From Hydrolagus colliei (lineage: Eukaryota), in the NCBI GenBank assembly GCA_035084275.1, contig CM068760.1:7998001-8062000 (forward strand): a stretch of 64,000 nt of DNA. Direction: 5' to 3'. A program made the translations under genes and the position numbers. How positions within the stretch are numbered: position 1 is the first letter of the stretch; each line of letters starts with the position of its first letter. The notes below the pieces were generated by a model that searched no databases, had not been told where the DNA came from, and was given only the letters and a program-made list of their open reading frames with translations. Positions 51,114 through 64,000 of the stretch are shown piece after piece.

Positions 51114-51422
51114 GTAGTCCTGTATCTCAGTACCTGGTTAGATCGCTCGCCTTGCAGGTGAGAGACCTGGATTCGATTACAGGCAGGGCGAAACCATGGG
51201 CAAGTTTCCTTGCTTCACACGCCTGATAATGATCCCTTGAAAAAACCAATAATAAATTGGTCATTTCAATTCACGACTGTTTGTGTGTCACTGCAGTGTG
51301 CAATTGGTTCCCGCGTTTCGCCCATAAATATACAGTCAATTCACTTTACAGTATATTCTGTGAAGCGCCTTGAAACGCCATGAAGACGTGATAAAGCGCT
51401 ATATCAAATGCAAGGATTATTA
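51114..51422 (+). mobile_element. Full-length tRNA-derived SINE
   Basis: All modules present. Confidence 0.9.
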
Positions 51423-53829
51423 ATTTTATTAAAATTTACTGATGTCTATTAATTTAATTATATGGGGATTAATCATTAAAAATTGAGGTTTTGTTTAGAT
51501 TCTGGGAAATTCTTTAAAAAGATGCAATTGAAACCAAACTACAAATTGCGTATTCTTTCTCAAATTTGTCGTTTGAGCTCTCACCAACCAAATTTGAGAT
51601 GATCGCAGCAACAACTCCCAACAAATCTAGCCTGTTAGATGTTGTGAACATTGCCCTGTTCTCCTCATGGACATGACTTGATCATTTGAGATTGAGTAAC
51701 CAAACCAGAGAATACAAGACCTATTGACCAATGTGCAAACAGTGAGAGCTCACAAAACTCAACCCTGCACCCGCAGGGTTAAGTTTGGGCGGTGGAGATG
51801 ATGGTGTGGGAGGTAGGGGCTCATCTGTTTGCGATGTGGGAGGGCAGAAAAGGGCGTTGGGATGTACTAGAGATGCAGAAAGCCATTGTTCTGTGTGTGC
51901 AGGAGTGGTGTAGTCAAGGTAGCTCAGGGAGGAAGTGCTTTGTGTAACACATTTGGCCACATTGACTCGCTGGGATTGTTTGTACATCTGACAGGCTGTT
52001 TAAATGAACCCCGTGGTTGACATACATTGAATAAAAATAGTACCGCAAACAGATTTGTAATCTAATAAACTGGGCTGTTGAAGGAAAACCCCTAAAATTG
52101 TGAAGGTAGGGCCTAATTATACTTTCGCATGAAATCAAGGAGAAACAGGAATTGAAGGGGACCACCGCCAAAAGCAACATCTTTATTAATTCACACATCA
52201 CATTGAATCATTTAAGAGACCACTTCTGATGGTACTTAATGCAGGTGGCCGACTTGTACGTTCGCCGTGTGTTTGAAATTGGAAAGTGGTAAAATATGAG
52301 ATGGTGCCCCGAAAACAAACTGTTTTGATGTATTCCAAGCAATTTACTCTGAGCTGGAAAGGGAAAGCGATGAACTCAACAGCTGACGAGGTTCGTCGGC
52401 CAGAAATAATCCCGCGATGGCCTCGTGCCTGGTTTTACATCATGGGAACAATACTGGAGGAAGTCGCCACCCTGGTCTTAGGAATACACAGTTAGTATTG
52501 CATTGACCGATTCGCCCCTCGGGGTAAATGTGCACCTGAGTTTGACAGGAACAGTTATCTGATGACATGATATGTGCTGAATTATCAAAATTAAATAAAA
52601 CAAATCCCTTTCCTGCCTTACAAATCATAGTTTCCTGCCCCCAAATCAGCGTTTGATTGTGCACACTGGGTGATTTGTTTTGCAAACTCTCGGCTAAGTT
52701 ACATGTTCAATTGAGAACCACTCAATCGTTTAAGAGTGGAGAAAGTACAATGAGGCAGAGCTGAAAGCGTGTCGATATCTGCCCATTTCTGGGTGATGCG
52801 TATGGAACCATGGTCTTTGGAAGAAATTCAATTTGATCAATTTGTGCTGTTGAAAAAATAGGGTAATTTGACTTTGGTGGCAGGGGAGTGATTGAAAACT
52901 GTTTCTGCAGCAGCGATTAGCTTCTGTGTGTGAATTTTTTGAAGCGTTTTATACAAGGTCTGTCTGGTTAGGGTTGCCAAATGAAATAAGCCGTTTCCCA
53001 AGTGTGCTTATCATTCTTTGTCCTTGACAGTGATGGGAAACTGAGTTTTGAAGGAAGCGCTTAAGCACATTTTTTTTCTGATGCAAACATAAGACGACTA
53101 GCCCTTGCACTGGTTGGGGTATTGTGCAGTTTCCTGTGCGTTGAAGCACACAAGAGTGATGGGGCCTCACAAGTTGTCAACTCCTTGTCTTTAAACCTCC
53201 AGTGCAGCCAACAACTGAGTTGAAAACCGAAGGGTAGGGTTGGCAGAGGGTGGGTTTAATATCCACCAGAATTTATTTTAGTTTTAAATCCATCCTTTCT
53301 GGCAGTTTTGAAGGAAACGAGAAGTTTATAATTAGCTTGTGTGTATTTACAGTAGGTTTAGACACAGTTCTGTTATTAAACTCGGTGATTCTTACATTGT
53401 ATTTCAATGGACTTATAGAATAAATTGCACAAAACCCAGATGTTTCGGTGTGTGTTGGGGGAGAGTGGGGGGAAGAAAGCACAATTTTCACACGTTGTTC
53501 ATTAGTTGCAGGAGGTTCAAAACGTGTCTTAATCCTGTGCATTCTTAGTCGCTCTTTCATTTCGTCATGCCACATCTTTCAAATTGTTTCGTAATATCAG
53601 TAATTGAAAAAAGCATTCAGACTTGAGATAAGCTGTGTGAAAATTGACTTCTTTCTACAAATACACAACCCCTACACTTTTATTAAATCCCGTAAAAATG
53701 CTTTGAGGTTTTTTTTTGCCAAATATCAAGTGCAAGAATTGTTATTAGTATTTAGAGTGTATTGAAATCCAGGGCACATCTTGTTGCTCTTATCTGTTGT
53801 AGCTATTTTAGATATACTGTACATTGCTA

Positions 53830-54125
53830 AAAGGTTGTGGGTTCGAGTTCAACCATGGGGACTTTAAGCGCATGGTCTAGGCTGACACTCCAGTATAGTA
53901 TTGGGAGAGCACAGCATTGTCAGAGGTGCCATCCTTCAGAGGAGATGTTAAGCCAACGACTTGTCTGCCTATTCAGCTGGGCATCAAAGAACCTGGGGCA
54001 CTATTTGAAAGGAGAAAGAAGGTTCTCCCAGGGCTCTGGCCAACAGATCCTCCAGTTGAATTGGTCAGTTATCTCCTAGCTCTTTGCGGAATATTGTTGC
54101 GTGAAAATTGACTGCCACATTCACT
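53830..54125 (+). mobile_element. Old DeuSINE (AmnSINE1/SacSINE1-like)
   Basis: aaggttgtgggttcgag (B box), ctaggctgacactccagt, gtcagaggtgccatcctt, ggcactatttgaa, ctggccaac: the Deu domain series as recalled. Confidence 0.8.
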
Positions 54126-54296
54126 CATATATATATTTAACAGTGATCATATTATAATAATAATCTTTATATTTGGTATAGCGATTTTCACATCTTTTTG
54201 CACTTCACAGAATATACTGTGGAGTGGATTGACTGTGTACATTGAAGTGCTTTGAGATGGTTCGAAATGATAAGTGCAATTTCAAATTCAAGCATT

Positions 54297-54842
54297 ATAA
54301 GAACATAAGAAATAGGATCAGTTATAGGCTGCTTTGCCCCTCCAGCCTACTCCGCCATTTACTAGGATCATGGCTGATCTTCTAACCTAATTCCATCTAC
54401 CCGCCTTATCCCCATATCCTTTCATCCCTCCATCAATTAAAAATCTATCAATCTCAGTCTTGAAAATGCTCAAGGACTGAGCATCCACGGGCTTTTGGGG
54501 TAGAGAATTCCATAAATTCACTTCTCTTTGAGTGAAGAAATGTTTCCTCAACTCGAAAAGGCTGACACTTAATCTTGAGACTATGACCCCTGGTTTTGGA
54601 TACTCCAACCTGTCTCACACTGTCTACTCGGTCAATCCCCTTACGAATCTTATGGTGTATAAGATCACCTTTAATTCTTCTATATTCTAGAGAGAACATA
54701 GATAGCTCCAGGTTACTCAACCTATCCTCATAGCTTAACCTACTCATGCCAGGAACCAACCTAGTGAATCTACGCTGCACTCACTCTAAGGCAAATATAT
54801 ATTTCCTTATCTAAGGGACCAAAACTGCACACAGTAATCTAG
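54297..54842 (-). mobile_element. CR1-type LINE 3' fragment (frameshifted ORF2 C-terminus plus 3' UTR)
   Basis: ORFs QRRFTRLVPGMSRLSYEDRL...SLEYRRIKGDLI and RKHFFTQREVNLWNSLP...FKTEIDRFL; ends in a tcttatgttcttat repeat. Confidence 0.93.
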
Positions 54843-54975
54843 TCATTTCATCATGAGGTTCCCTTAACACTAGTGGAAATGGATTTATTCCTCTCACTCC
54901 TAATTGAAAGTCTTTAGATATCCAATAACTGGGAAAGAATTAACTTCACCTGTTTTCCTTTTCCCTTTTGTGCAG

Positions 54976-55077
54976 AGATCATTGATGACCTGACCCATTT
55001 GGTGGATACAACCGATTCCAGGATTCGCAACGAAACGAGACGAGTCAAAGTGCTCGATAAGAAGTCGGCGTCTTGCG
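54976..55077 (+). CDS. STX8: Syntaxin-8 exon 7 (C-half of the SNARE motif: (E)IIDDLTHLVDTTDSRIRNETRRVKVLDKKSASC(G))
   Basis: Long polypyrimidine tract plus tgcag ends at 54975; gtaggt donor; 102 bp; matches human EIIDDLANLVENTDEKLRNETRRVNMVDRKSASCG. Confidence 0.96.
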
Positions 55078-55106
55078 GTAGGTTTCGCTTTCAAACCGTT
55101 CCCTTG

Positions 55107-55123
55107 ATCCACCAGGTGGCATT
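55107..55123 (+). promoter_or_regulatory. Candidate CTCF binding site about 30 bp downstream of exon 7
   Basis: ATCCACCAGGTGGCATT matches core CCASYAGRKGGCR. Confidence 0.55.
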
Positions 55124-58100
55124 ACAATGTCATTGCTTTTGTCAATTTTTCCTTGAACATGGCCTACTTAACCCATTTCCCACTTATGCTCCGCAAGAGG
55201 TATTTAAAGGAGGTAGATATGCTCGTCAATGTACTGTTGTCCGCAGCCTTTTGTACGACAAAACAAAAGTGAAGGCTTTATGATGGCATTTGCATATGCA
55301 GCTGTTCAAACACGAAGTGAGGATTCATTGATAGTAAATCTCACCTACTTGCCCTCTCAAAGGACTCGCAGCAGCTGTTGTCAGCCAGTAAGCAAATGAC
55401 CTGGGCTCTGGAAGCAAAGCTGTTCAACACTGCCAGGCTTTGGTCAGAGTCGTCCATCATTTATGGGTTCACGTAATTCAGTAGCTCCCGTTTGCCCAAC
55501 TTGCTCTTGCAGTGTTACATTCAGCATCTTTTTTGTTAGGTATGTCCTAATTATAGCCATTAAAGAGAATTTTCCCCCACCCCCAAGAAAGCAAATCTGG
55601 TCTTTTCCATAGGCTTAGGGTTCGATGCTGTGTTTCAGCTTCAAGTCTTTGGCTCGCCTTCTCTTCTGAACTCAGCTCCCATGTCTGTGTCCTCTTGTTT
55701 CAAATTAAGATTGGCCATCACTGAACATTGGTGATTGCACTATTGCCGCCTCGGAGCAGACTTTCGCACATTGCCACTTTCACCTTAACTCATCTGCAAC
55801 TTTCAATTGTTCTTAGACATTTGAAGGCATTCGTTCTCGATTGGTAATTTACAATTTTGACAGGGAACATGTCTTCTATTATTGAAATGCAGATCTCCGT
55901 TACTATTGTGTTGTAATTTGCATTATCAAGCAAAGCATTCCCAACGTGCCTCGACTGAAAAGCAAAGAGCATTGTTCTTTGTGCATCACAACACGCAGAC
56001 TGGATTGATGGCCTTTTATAGTGTGCACCACTGTTTCGGCTGAAAAACATTAACCTAAAGCATTGTTTTGACAGCATCGGTCGAAACCTGATGAAAAAAT
56101 AGAGCTGCATAATATGAAGTGAAAAATAGCACATTAAGACCCGGTTTTATTTGCCAAACAGACCTGCCGTTGAGTTGCTTTGGGGAAATGCTTACATTTT
56201 TTCACCCGAGGAGCTTAGTTACCAGCAGGCAGGGTACAGCAGTCAGGTTTGAAGAAATAACAAAATGAAGGTCAGCTAATATTGCACTAATTCTGCTTCC
56301 TGGTGGCCATGACAGCCTGTAAGGTTTATTTGAAGATCCCAGACTTTGAGTCAGTGTGCGCTTTGTTACCGTATAAGTGTTTTAGGCTGTGCCAACAGTT
56401 TAGGATATTAATGAATCTTACAGAGAAGTGAATGGAGAATTCCTTCTCTCCCCTTTTTCTCTCCCCCCCCCCTCCCCTCACCCACCCTCCCTCCGCTTTT
56501 TGTTTGACACACACATCTTTGTCTGTCGAATGTTGCCGAGCATTACTAATGAGTAGGCAGAAGAACAGAAAAATAACGCAAAGAGGAGAAAAAAGAAAGC
56601 GTTATGGTGGGGGTGGGGGCTAGCAAGTACACAACGGCACAAGGTGAGATTAGTGTAGGTCGGTAAAATATATAGGATTGTGTTTCAACGCCCCCTTCCT
56701 CAAAGCAGCTGTCAAGATGTGCACATTGAAGAATTTTCTTCTTTTTTTAAAAAAAATGTGGGGACAACCTTTCTGACAACACCGAGTGCACCGAGTTTCT
56801 GCTAGTGTTGTTGAAATGCCAGTTTGTTGACCACCATGCCTCAGTGCTTCTTTAGTGTACCACTGCCTCATTATTACAAGCACCTTACCCCCCCCCCCAT
56901 CCACCCCAACAACCCTCTCTCCCCCCCACCTCCATGCACAGCTGCTAAAGGGGCAAAATTAAAGCAATTCACACTCTCAGTGACTTAACACCAGGAAATA
57001 ATTGGTCCTTGTTTTCTGGGACGCATTATTTAAGGAGGAGCTGGAATGCAAGAGGGAAAACCGTGGGGGGAATTGAGATCATTGCGATTTTTACAGGATT
57101 TATACAAAGGTATTTAATAATAAGTTGCAATACAGGGCAGGTTGTTGAGAAATAATTATCTGATAATTAAATGGAGTGAAGAAAGAGTGTTTTATTATTA
57201 TATTCTAAAGCCTGCAAAGGTATTAATACTCCCAATATGTTTTAATATACTCTTTGGTCCTGTATAGACATGTTAATGAGATGAATCTTGCTAAATAGCT
57301 CTTCAGACACTGCTGTTTTGGAGTGCAAAAGAATGAAATTCAGCCCCACTGGATTGCTTCAGTGACACACAAGAAGACTCTTTGTTTCTTGTTTATAAAC
57401 CAGAAACCTGCCTAAAATTGCTGAAATAGTGAGCGAGCTGAAGAGGCCCAACTGAGCGAAGGGCACCATAAATAAAGATTTGCGAGCTGGATTTTAATGC
57501 TTTGATTTGAGGATGACCACTCTTTAGGGGTTAAGGGATCTAACGGGAAAGACTGCTTAGACACTCTTTCAGAGGACTTAATTAGGAAACTTCAGTCTTG
57601 TTCTACAAGACCCTTTACGTGCAAAGCTTCTTCCTACCATGAAAGGCGTTCAGTCTGTAAAGTGTATACATACATGATGCCATTGTGTTTTGTTACCAAA
57701 CTGCAGATAGTAGCAAGTGCAAACCGGGAATTTGTCAAGGGTTATCCATGAAGGTCTTGCCCTCTGTGGAATCAAATGCATATTTTTCTCCCTTTTAAGA
57801 GACTTTCCTGGGCTGTTAAAAGTTAACTGAAATCTCATTTGGCCACCTTAACTGAAGGGGCATTGCAGCCCTGCCTGCCATGCATGTTCTTCAGCTGCAG
57901 ATCAGCCAAGGATAGGAAACAAATGAACACCACTGAGCCCAGTTAGTTTATGGTTGAATTTCCCAGGGTTTAATCATCTCAAAGGCTGCTGAGTGCAATT
58001 CCTCCTGCAATAATCTACTTATCAAGTCATTTACCACCTCTTCTAGGTTCTTTGCATCTTAAGTAGTTCCAAATTGTCTCGACTTTGAAGGAAAGCTTGA

Positions 58101-61100
58101 AAGCTGTTAAGTCAATTGTACAAACCAAGTATAATACTCCCATATCCATTGACCAGTTAAAAGTGGAAACAGGCTCTGAAAAAGCCCCTCCTCGGTTGCT
58201 TTTGTGGATCGTTTCACATTCTTTTAATGTTAGAATAATAATTGCACTAAATGATGGGGAAATATTTTTTCGGTGAAACAAAGAGGCAAGAATAATTAGT
58301 TAGTCACCAGTAAAACGTCATCTGAAATCTTGCCTTTTGATCCAAGGCCAATTGTTGTCTCACCCAATCGGACTGAATGGGCTGGTTACTGGCCAAGAAA
58401 GGGTTGTCCGATAAAGAACTGACCACAGTATATTTACATCACTGACCAAATATCAGCTAAGTGGGACAAACGCGTATCAAAGCAGAATTCCAGGCTGTTC
58501 GTGTTGAGTCAGCATGCATTTGCCAACAAAATACACCATCACCCCTTTACAGTACATCTTGCAAAGCGCTTTGAGACGTCTCAATGACCTAAGGCGTATC
58601 AAATGCAAGGATTATGTATGTTATGTTTTATCACATTGTCTCCTCTCCCAAAGAGTCACCTGTATTCCCTTGTCTCTGTTTTGTTTTGTCAAGCATTCTG
58701 AAATGCACAATATCAAATATTTGTCCAGGAGTGGAATAACTATTCACGCGCTGGTTACTTTCAGGTGGTGAGGAGCGAGAGAGGGATTTTTGTTAGAAAC
58801 CTGAATTCATCGATTTCTGCCATTAACTACCGTTTTTATTTACATTGTGTTGTTTTTAGTGTATGGATTTCTTCCAATTCTAATTCTTTCTTCCATCTCC
58901 CGATCGGGACTGGTTTAATCGCAAGTCACTGGCCGCCCTCTCCACAGTGAGTTTGAGGAGGTCTTTCAGCTCAGTCTTATCCTAATCTATATCCACTTTC
59001 TCTTGCTGGTCATTTGTGTCCCTAACTCAGAGGCCCCGTGTCCAGTTCAATGTTGTACTTTCATCCTGGTGGAGCAGTTAACTCAGCAAAGACCGAGGAC
59101 TTGCCTAATCTTTTTGACTCAATATGCAGCACATATATCCACTGAGCCATCGAAAGTGAGCCCAGCATAAAGCTACATTCTTTGTAGCAGGTTTTTGCCA
59201 TGGTTTCAAAGCTGTTGGTGTCAACAGTTGAATAATTCTGTGACATTTTGGCATTACATAAGAACCGAGAAAGGTATAAAAATGCCTCTGAATCTAATGA
59301 TTACAGCCATTGACTCTTAGCGATCAGAGACCGCAATAAGTTGAAGGAGGTCAACCTGCAATAATATAGAGCCGGCAGTAACTGCAATTGTGCGGAATCT
59401 TTATCGGTGCCTTGTGTAACCTAATGGGTATTTTGCACCATGTGTAAACACAATCATATAGAGGGAAGTACTGGTGCCCTCAGTTATGTAATTACTGTTC
59501 ATTGGAAAAGGTTTATTATGTAATTAAAATCAATTTTTTTTCATTGGTTAATTATATAATTAAGGACATCTGTAATTCACTAGATACACGTGGTTTACAT
59601 ATGGTGCATAGTAGTCTTTAATATACAAAGAAGTTTCCTTATCCTAATGTGGGATGTAGATATTCTGGCTATAAATCACCATGCCGGAATATAATGGGCT
59701 GTATGAATCAGTTGCTGCCATTTTCTTTCCCCTAATTTCGTTTGAAATATACTTTTCAGGTGATGACTGGAAATATGATTGAAAGAGCATTGTCTATTAT
59801 GAACAGCAGCTATTGCAAACTTTAACAATTGTCTCTCGTTGGGCCTATTTGAAATGTAATATCTTCAAATACTGTTTCACATCAAACACAAAATTAAGGA
59901 TTGAATTGTGAGTGTAGGGCAGTCTGAAAGAGCAGTCATTGCTTACCCAGTTAACTAACAAAACTGTTAACTCGTCATCTTCTCCTGGTTCCTGGGTACA
60001 TCAAATTCATTTTCAATGTAAGTTTTACCATCAGCCCTCTCTCTCTCCCCCCCCCCCCCCCCCCCCCACCCCCGCTCTGAGAAGCAAAGAGTTAAACAAC
60101 CTTTTGTTAATGTATTCTGTTCCCACAGTGTAAAAATGAGACTGATTAGCAGAAAAGGAGCTGCAGAGGGAGATAGTGGGTGGTCAGTTGAGATGACATC
60201 AAAAGGAGCTTTTGCTTACATTTAGAAACGACACTTTGATGTATTTGGTTGACAAACGTGACTGTTGTACGCTGACCTGAAAAGTCAAACAGGAGGCAAC
60301 AACAGAAGTCTCTCTAGTTAATTAGTGAGAACGTGACAATTTCCTAACTCGAATGAAAGAGCTTTAATCCCCTTTTTTTTAAAACAGGGAATTGGACTTT
60401 GCAAACGTAGCATATCTCCCGAGTGCGGTCAGGCCCTGAAATAGCATTTCACACTCGTTGCTGGTAATTCGAGACAGAATCACAATTGAATTCAGGGGGA
60501 AAAAAACACGGAATGGGTTAATTTGATGTTTCCATTGTAAATAACCAAGCGATCATTAATTGAGATGCTATTTTGACTGATAAACGTTAAGATGACGGTT
60601 TAAAGAGTACACTGCATGCAAAAAGAACCAATATTGCCTTTCATACTGGTGAATAAAGGTGTTATTGATTGATTAGCATCTCAGTTATAAGGAATTGTTT
60701 CTTTGGTATTCTGTCTTAAATTTTCCGTCCTCTTTGCAGTTCACTGATCTTTTGCAAAAGCAGCAATAGAAAGAGGTGTGTGTTTTTTTTAGGGTTTTTT
60801 CAACGCTCAGTTTGAGCTTTGAGACCCCAATTGTTTGTGTTATTAGGGAGTACAATGGACGTTTTGTAGCTGTTTTCACCCCGTCTGAAGGTTCCACATT
60901 CCCTGTGGGGTATTTCCCCATTGGGTGAGTGGGGTCAGTGAGCTCCAGCAGTCTTTTCGATCAGGCATTCAGGAGCGAGGGCGAGGGGTAGACAGCCAAG
61001 ACTATCCAATATGCGCTCTTTCCAGCAAGGAAGTAATCAAGGAGTGTGAAACCTAGCTGATATTACTGATCCTTGTGCTAGGGCTGAGAACTACCATTTG

Positions 61101-62056
61101 GATCCCCAATTGCTTTCCTGGTGAAGTTGGTAAACACTGAATGTCATTCCAACCACCTTCTGTTCTGTCTGGTTCAATGCCAGTCCAGTGCATTGGTAGC
61201 CTTTTTTTACACATCCGATCTTTCGGGAAAGTTTTGAGATCATTCCGATGTTATTACATAGCCATTTTCACAGGTGTCACTGGAATAACATTAGAAAGAC
61301 AAGCAGAATTTGGCTTTGTGCACAGAGCTCTCTTCAGCCAGCCTCGGGCAAGGGTGATTTGGAGTAGAAGTTATAAATCCATCTCCTCTCTCCAAATCAC
61401 TTCCAGCAGTATAAACCAAGTAATGATCTTGTAATTTGGTCAAATTCAAGGTTGGGATGCTGGGGTACTTGCAGTGTTTGTTAATATCGATTTAAAATTA
61501 TTTACTTAAAGGTCAATTTTGTCCTTTTGTTTATTCATGTTTTCAGCAGCAGTTTCCATTTAAACATATCAAAGTGCTTTTCCTTGTGACAATACAACTT
61601 GATGGAGTGGCTTCCTGCAGCTGTCACTCTCCGAATGACCCAATGTGAGTGAGTTATCCTGTACACATGTTGCAGCAACATTACAAAAAAAGCTCCCATT
61701 GAACCGTGAGCATTAAAATTACAGTATGTCAACCTGGATCCAATTCCACATGAAATGTGATTGAACAACATTATTCTATCCCTTCAAAAATGCCAGGTCT
61801 TTACAATGTATTTAATAATTATGTAATGGGCATAATTCTTCAATTTCCTTGACAAATTAGTGTCAGAGTCTACTTTTGTTTGCATTGTCCAGGTAGTTAA
61901 TGCTGAAAAAGCTAACAAACTATTTCTATTTCTCAAATCCCTTTCATCCATTTATTTTTCTCTCCATACTTAGACGTCCTTCCAATGTGAAAAGCACTAT
62001 TTCAAGGGCACTGATGATGATTGTTATTATTGTTGTTATTGCTGCGCTGGAAGTGT

Positions 62057-62361
62057 GGAGTTCTACCGCTCAGTGGTTGGAACACTCACCTCGTAAATGG
62101 GAGACCTGGGTTTGATTCCTGGCAGGGCGAAACCTTAGGCAAGTTTATTTACTGCACACTAGTCCCTCAAGAAAAAAAAATGTATTAAATTGGTCACTTC
62201 AATCCACGAGCATTTGTGGGACACTGCTGTGAGTAATTGGCTGCCTCATTTTGCCCACAAATATACAGAAAATTCGCTTTACAGTGTATTCCGTGAAGCG
62301 CTTTGAGACGTCTAGAAGTCGTGAAAAGCGCTCTATCAAATCAAGGATTATTATTATTATT
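62057..62361 (+). mobile_element. Full-length tRNA-derived SINE
   Basis: All modules present, (ATT)n tail. Confidence 0.9.
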
Positions 62362-63399
62362 CTTCGTGTTTACAATTAGGTGTTAATGCTGCCGATTTGT
62401 TTTCAATGCTGCTGCCATCACAACAAATCTAATCATCTCCTTTCTTTGTATTCACACATGCACTTTCCTAGCAAGGTTACTGCAAGTTTAATATACAATA
62501 TTTACACCCACCCCTCACCTGCTGGGAGTTATTCCGGGAGAGGGGTGGGAGGTGAGTTGTTGGAGGGAAGGGAAGGAATATTAGACACTTGATGGATTCT
62601 TTTCATGTGGGCTTCTAAACTTCAACCCAACCGTTTATCCTCAATAACTTCAAAGTAATATTAAGCTGAAGTTGTTAGTTTTTTGACTGTGTCTGGTTAA
62701 ATCCCGATGCATAACTGTCTTGTCAGTGGATATGGTAAGTAGTTTTAAATTGGCAATGATTTACTGGGCCATTTGAAAGTGAGTTTAACTTTGAGGTAAT
62801 GCCCCTTCAACTAAAACTACAATGAGTACTGTAGTTGTAGTTATCCCCCGTGTGTGATTGAGGAGGGCGAATAAGTCGCAACCATAAAAATCTCTTGGAA
62901 AAACAGGGAATTTAACTTCACCTATTACATTCATATCAAGGCAACCAATGTGTCACTAACAGTTAGCTGAAAAAGATGTAAAGTGCTGAGCATGATACCT
63001 AGGTGGGGGGTCCCAAGACTAAATTAGTCCAAAGCAGAAGTCATACAGAGGTAGGCAATACTGTAGAAAGTTAATAGCACAGCTGGAGAAATCCGGTGAG
63101 GAGAAATGGGGAAGACTTCTAGCATTGAAACCAGCATTGAAGACAGTGTTCGGGCCAGTGACTGAAACGTGTGAACAAGGAAGATAAGATACTTTTTTCA
63201 TAAGGCAAGGAATCATTCTACCAGTAAAAGGAGCATCTCTACCTCTGTTATTTAAGCACAACTTCACAATGCCTTTCTCTACAACTTCTTCAGACCGTTT
63301 GTGATTGTATGACTGTTTTGTTTTGGCTTGGTAGTAGAAGGCAATGTGACATATTATGGGTGGTGATGGTGTCTGTTTTCGCCCATATTATACCAGTCA

Positions 63400-63745
63400 A
63401 GGATGACACTCCACTATAGTGCTGGGGTAGCCCTACATTGTGGAAGTTGCCGACCTTCAGATAAAATGTTAAAGCCAAGCTTCCTTCTGCTTGTTAAAGC
63501 GGACTTTACAGATCCTATGACACTTTTTGTAAAGAAAAGGGGGAATTTCCTTGTGTCCTAATTAACAATCCCACAGGTAGATTTAGTCATTGATAAAATT
63601 TATCACTATTTGTCGGACAGGGCTGTGCGCAAGTTAACTGCCATGTTTCTCCACAATATACTCAGTCACTACACTTGACAGTAAATCATGTGAAGCAATT
63701 CAAAGGCCCTACAGTAGCAAAAGCCGATGTCCCAAATGCAGCAAT
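63400..63745 (+). mobile_element. Old DeuSINE remnant
   Basis: gatgacactccactatagtgctg...gatcctatgacact...gctgtgcgcaagttaactgcc; homologous to 53830-54125. Confidence 0.7.
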
Positions 63746-64000
63746 TTGTTCCCATTGAAAATAATAATAATTGTTATTATTGAATTGCTTTTCATTCTTC
63801 CTTCATATTCAATTTTATCATGGTAGTAAACCAACTTGTTTGTTATTCTGGGTTATTCTGACTTGCAAAGTAGAGCCAATTGGATACGTTGCACATTAAT
63901 GATTTGCAAAATGGATAATCATGAATCTCAAAAGCTGGCAATGGTTGATGAAAAGGCTGACGGGCATGTTTGATTTTGTTGGCATTGCGCATTTGTAATT

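Larger units (their letters stand above)
15705..54975 (+). other. STX8: Large intron 6 of STX8 (about 39.3 kb), splitting the SNARE motif
   Basis: Bounded by GT at 15705 and AG at 54974-54975; phase-1 junction G|AG encodes Glu. Confidence 0.9.

Noticed and set aside
54999-55283. Read-through of exon 7 as an alternative terminal exon lacking the transmembrane domain
   Set aside because: The frame is open for about 68 extra codons but with no recognisable conserved sequence or nearby poly(A) signal; the canonical gtaggt donor is good. It would need transcript evidence.
60039-60073. Poly-C/poly-G tracts (also about 31790-31825, 33416-33436, 44192-44213) as G-quadruplex elements
   Set aside because: Simple homopolymer runs, common and prone to sequencing error; nothing indicates function.
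489-62361. Many recurring hairpin-containing ~40-bp repeats that might suggest a CRISPR-like array
   Set aside because: They are dispersed, on both strands, irregularly spaced and part of SINE/LINE tails in a eukaryotic intron; no cas genes are present.
55078-64000. Search for STX8 exon 8 (transmembrane anchor, MIMVILLLL-like)
   Set aside because: No convincing hydrophobic exon with a phase-1 acceptor. The MMIVIIVVIAAL stretch near 62015-62050 derives from a (TGA/TTA/TTG)n retroposon tail. Exon 8 is presumably beyond the window.

Overview
Vertebrate (eukaryotic) genomic DNA, AT-rich and dense in retroposon remnants. The repeat content (tRNA-headed Deu-type SINEs, CR1 and L2 LINE ends) suggests a cartilaginous fish, possibly a chimaera such as Callorhinchus; this is inference. 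The whole window lies inside one + strand gene, syntaxin-8 (STX8). Six coding exons (2-7, of 100/95/111/125/93/102 bp) splice in frame into the Habc domain, linker and Qc-SNARE motif. Exon 1 and the transmembrane exon 8 lie outside the window. No other protein-coding gene is supported; the remaining listed ORFs are chance ORFs or decayed LINE/transposon pieces. Main points of interest: (1) the SNARE zero-layer residue is His (ELDEHN) rather than the Gln of human STX8; (2) intron 3 is a U12-type minor-spliceosome intron; (3) a 742-bp TA-flanked pogo/Tigger-type MITE carries two inverted copies of a Jerky-like transposase N-terminus; (4) a modular SINE family (tRNA + CORE-like + Deu-like + interchangeable L2 tails) shows a covarying 3' stem-loop; (5) an unexplained diverged ~115-bp direct repeat lies in intron 6; (6) co-oriented CTCF-like motifs and repeat-poor intronic blocks may be long-range regulatory DNA. 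I found no evidence of a wholly new multi-gene system. Exon and TIR coordinates were counted exactly; repeat boundaries are approximate, and homologies are from memory, not searches.
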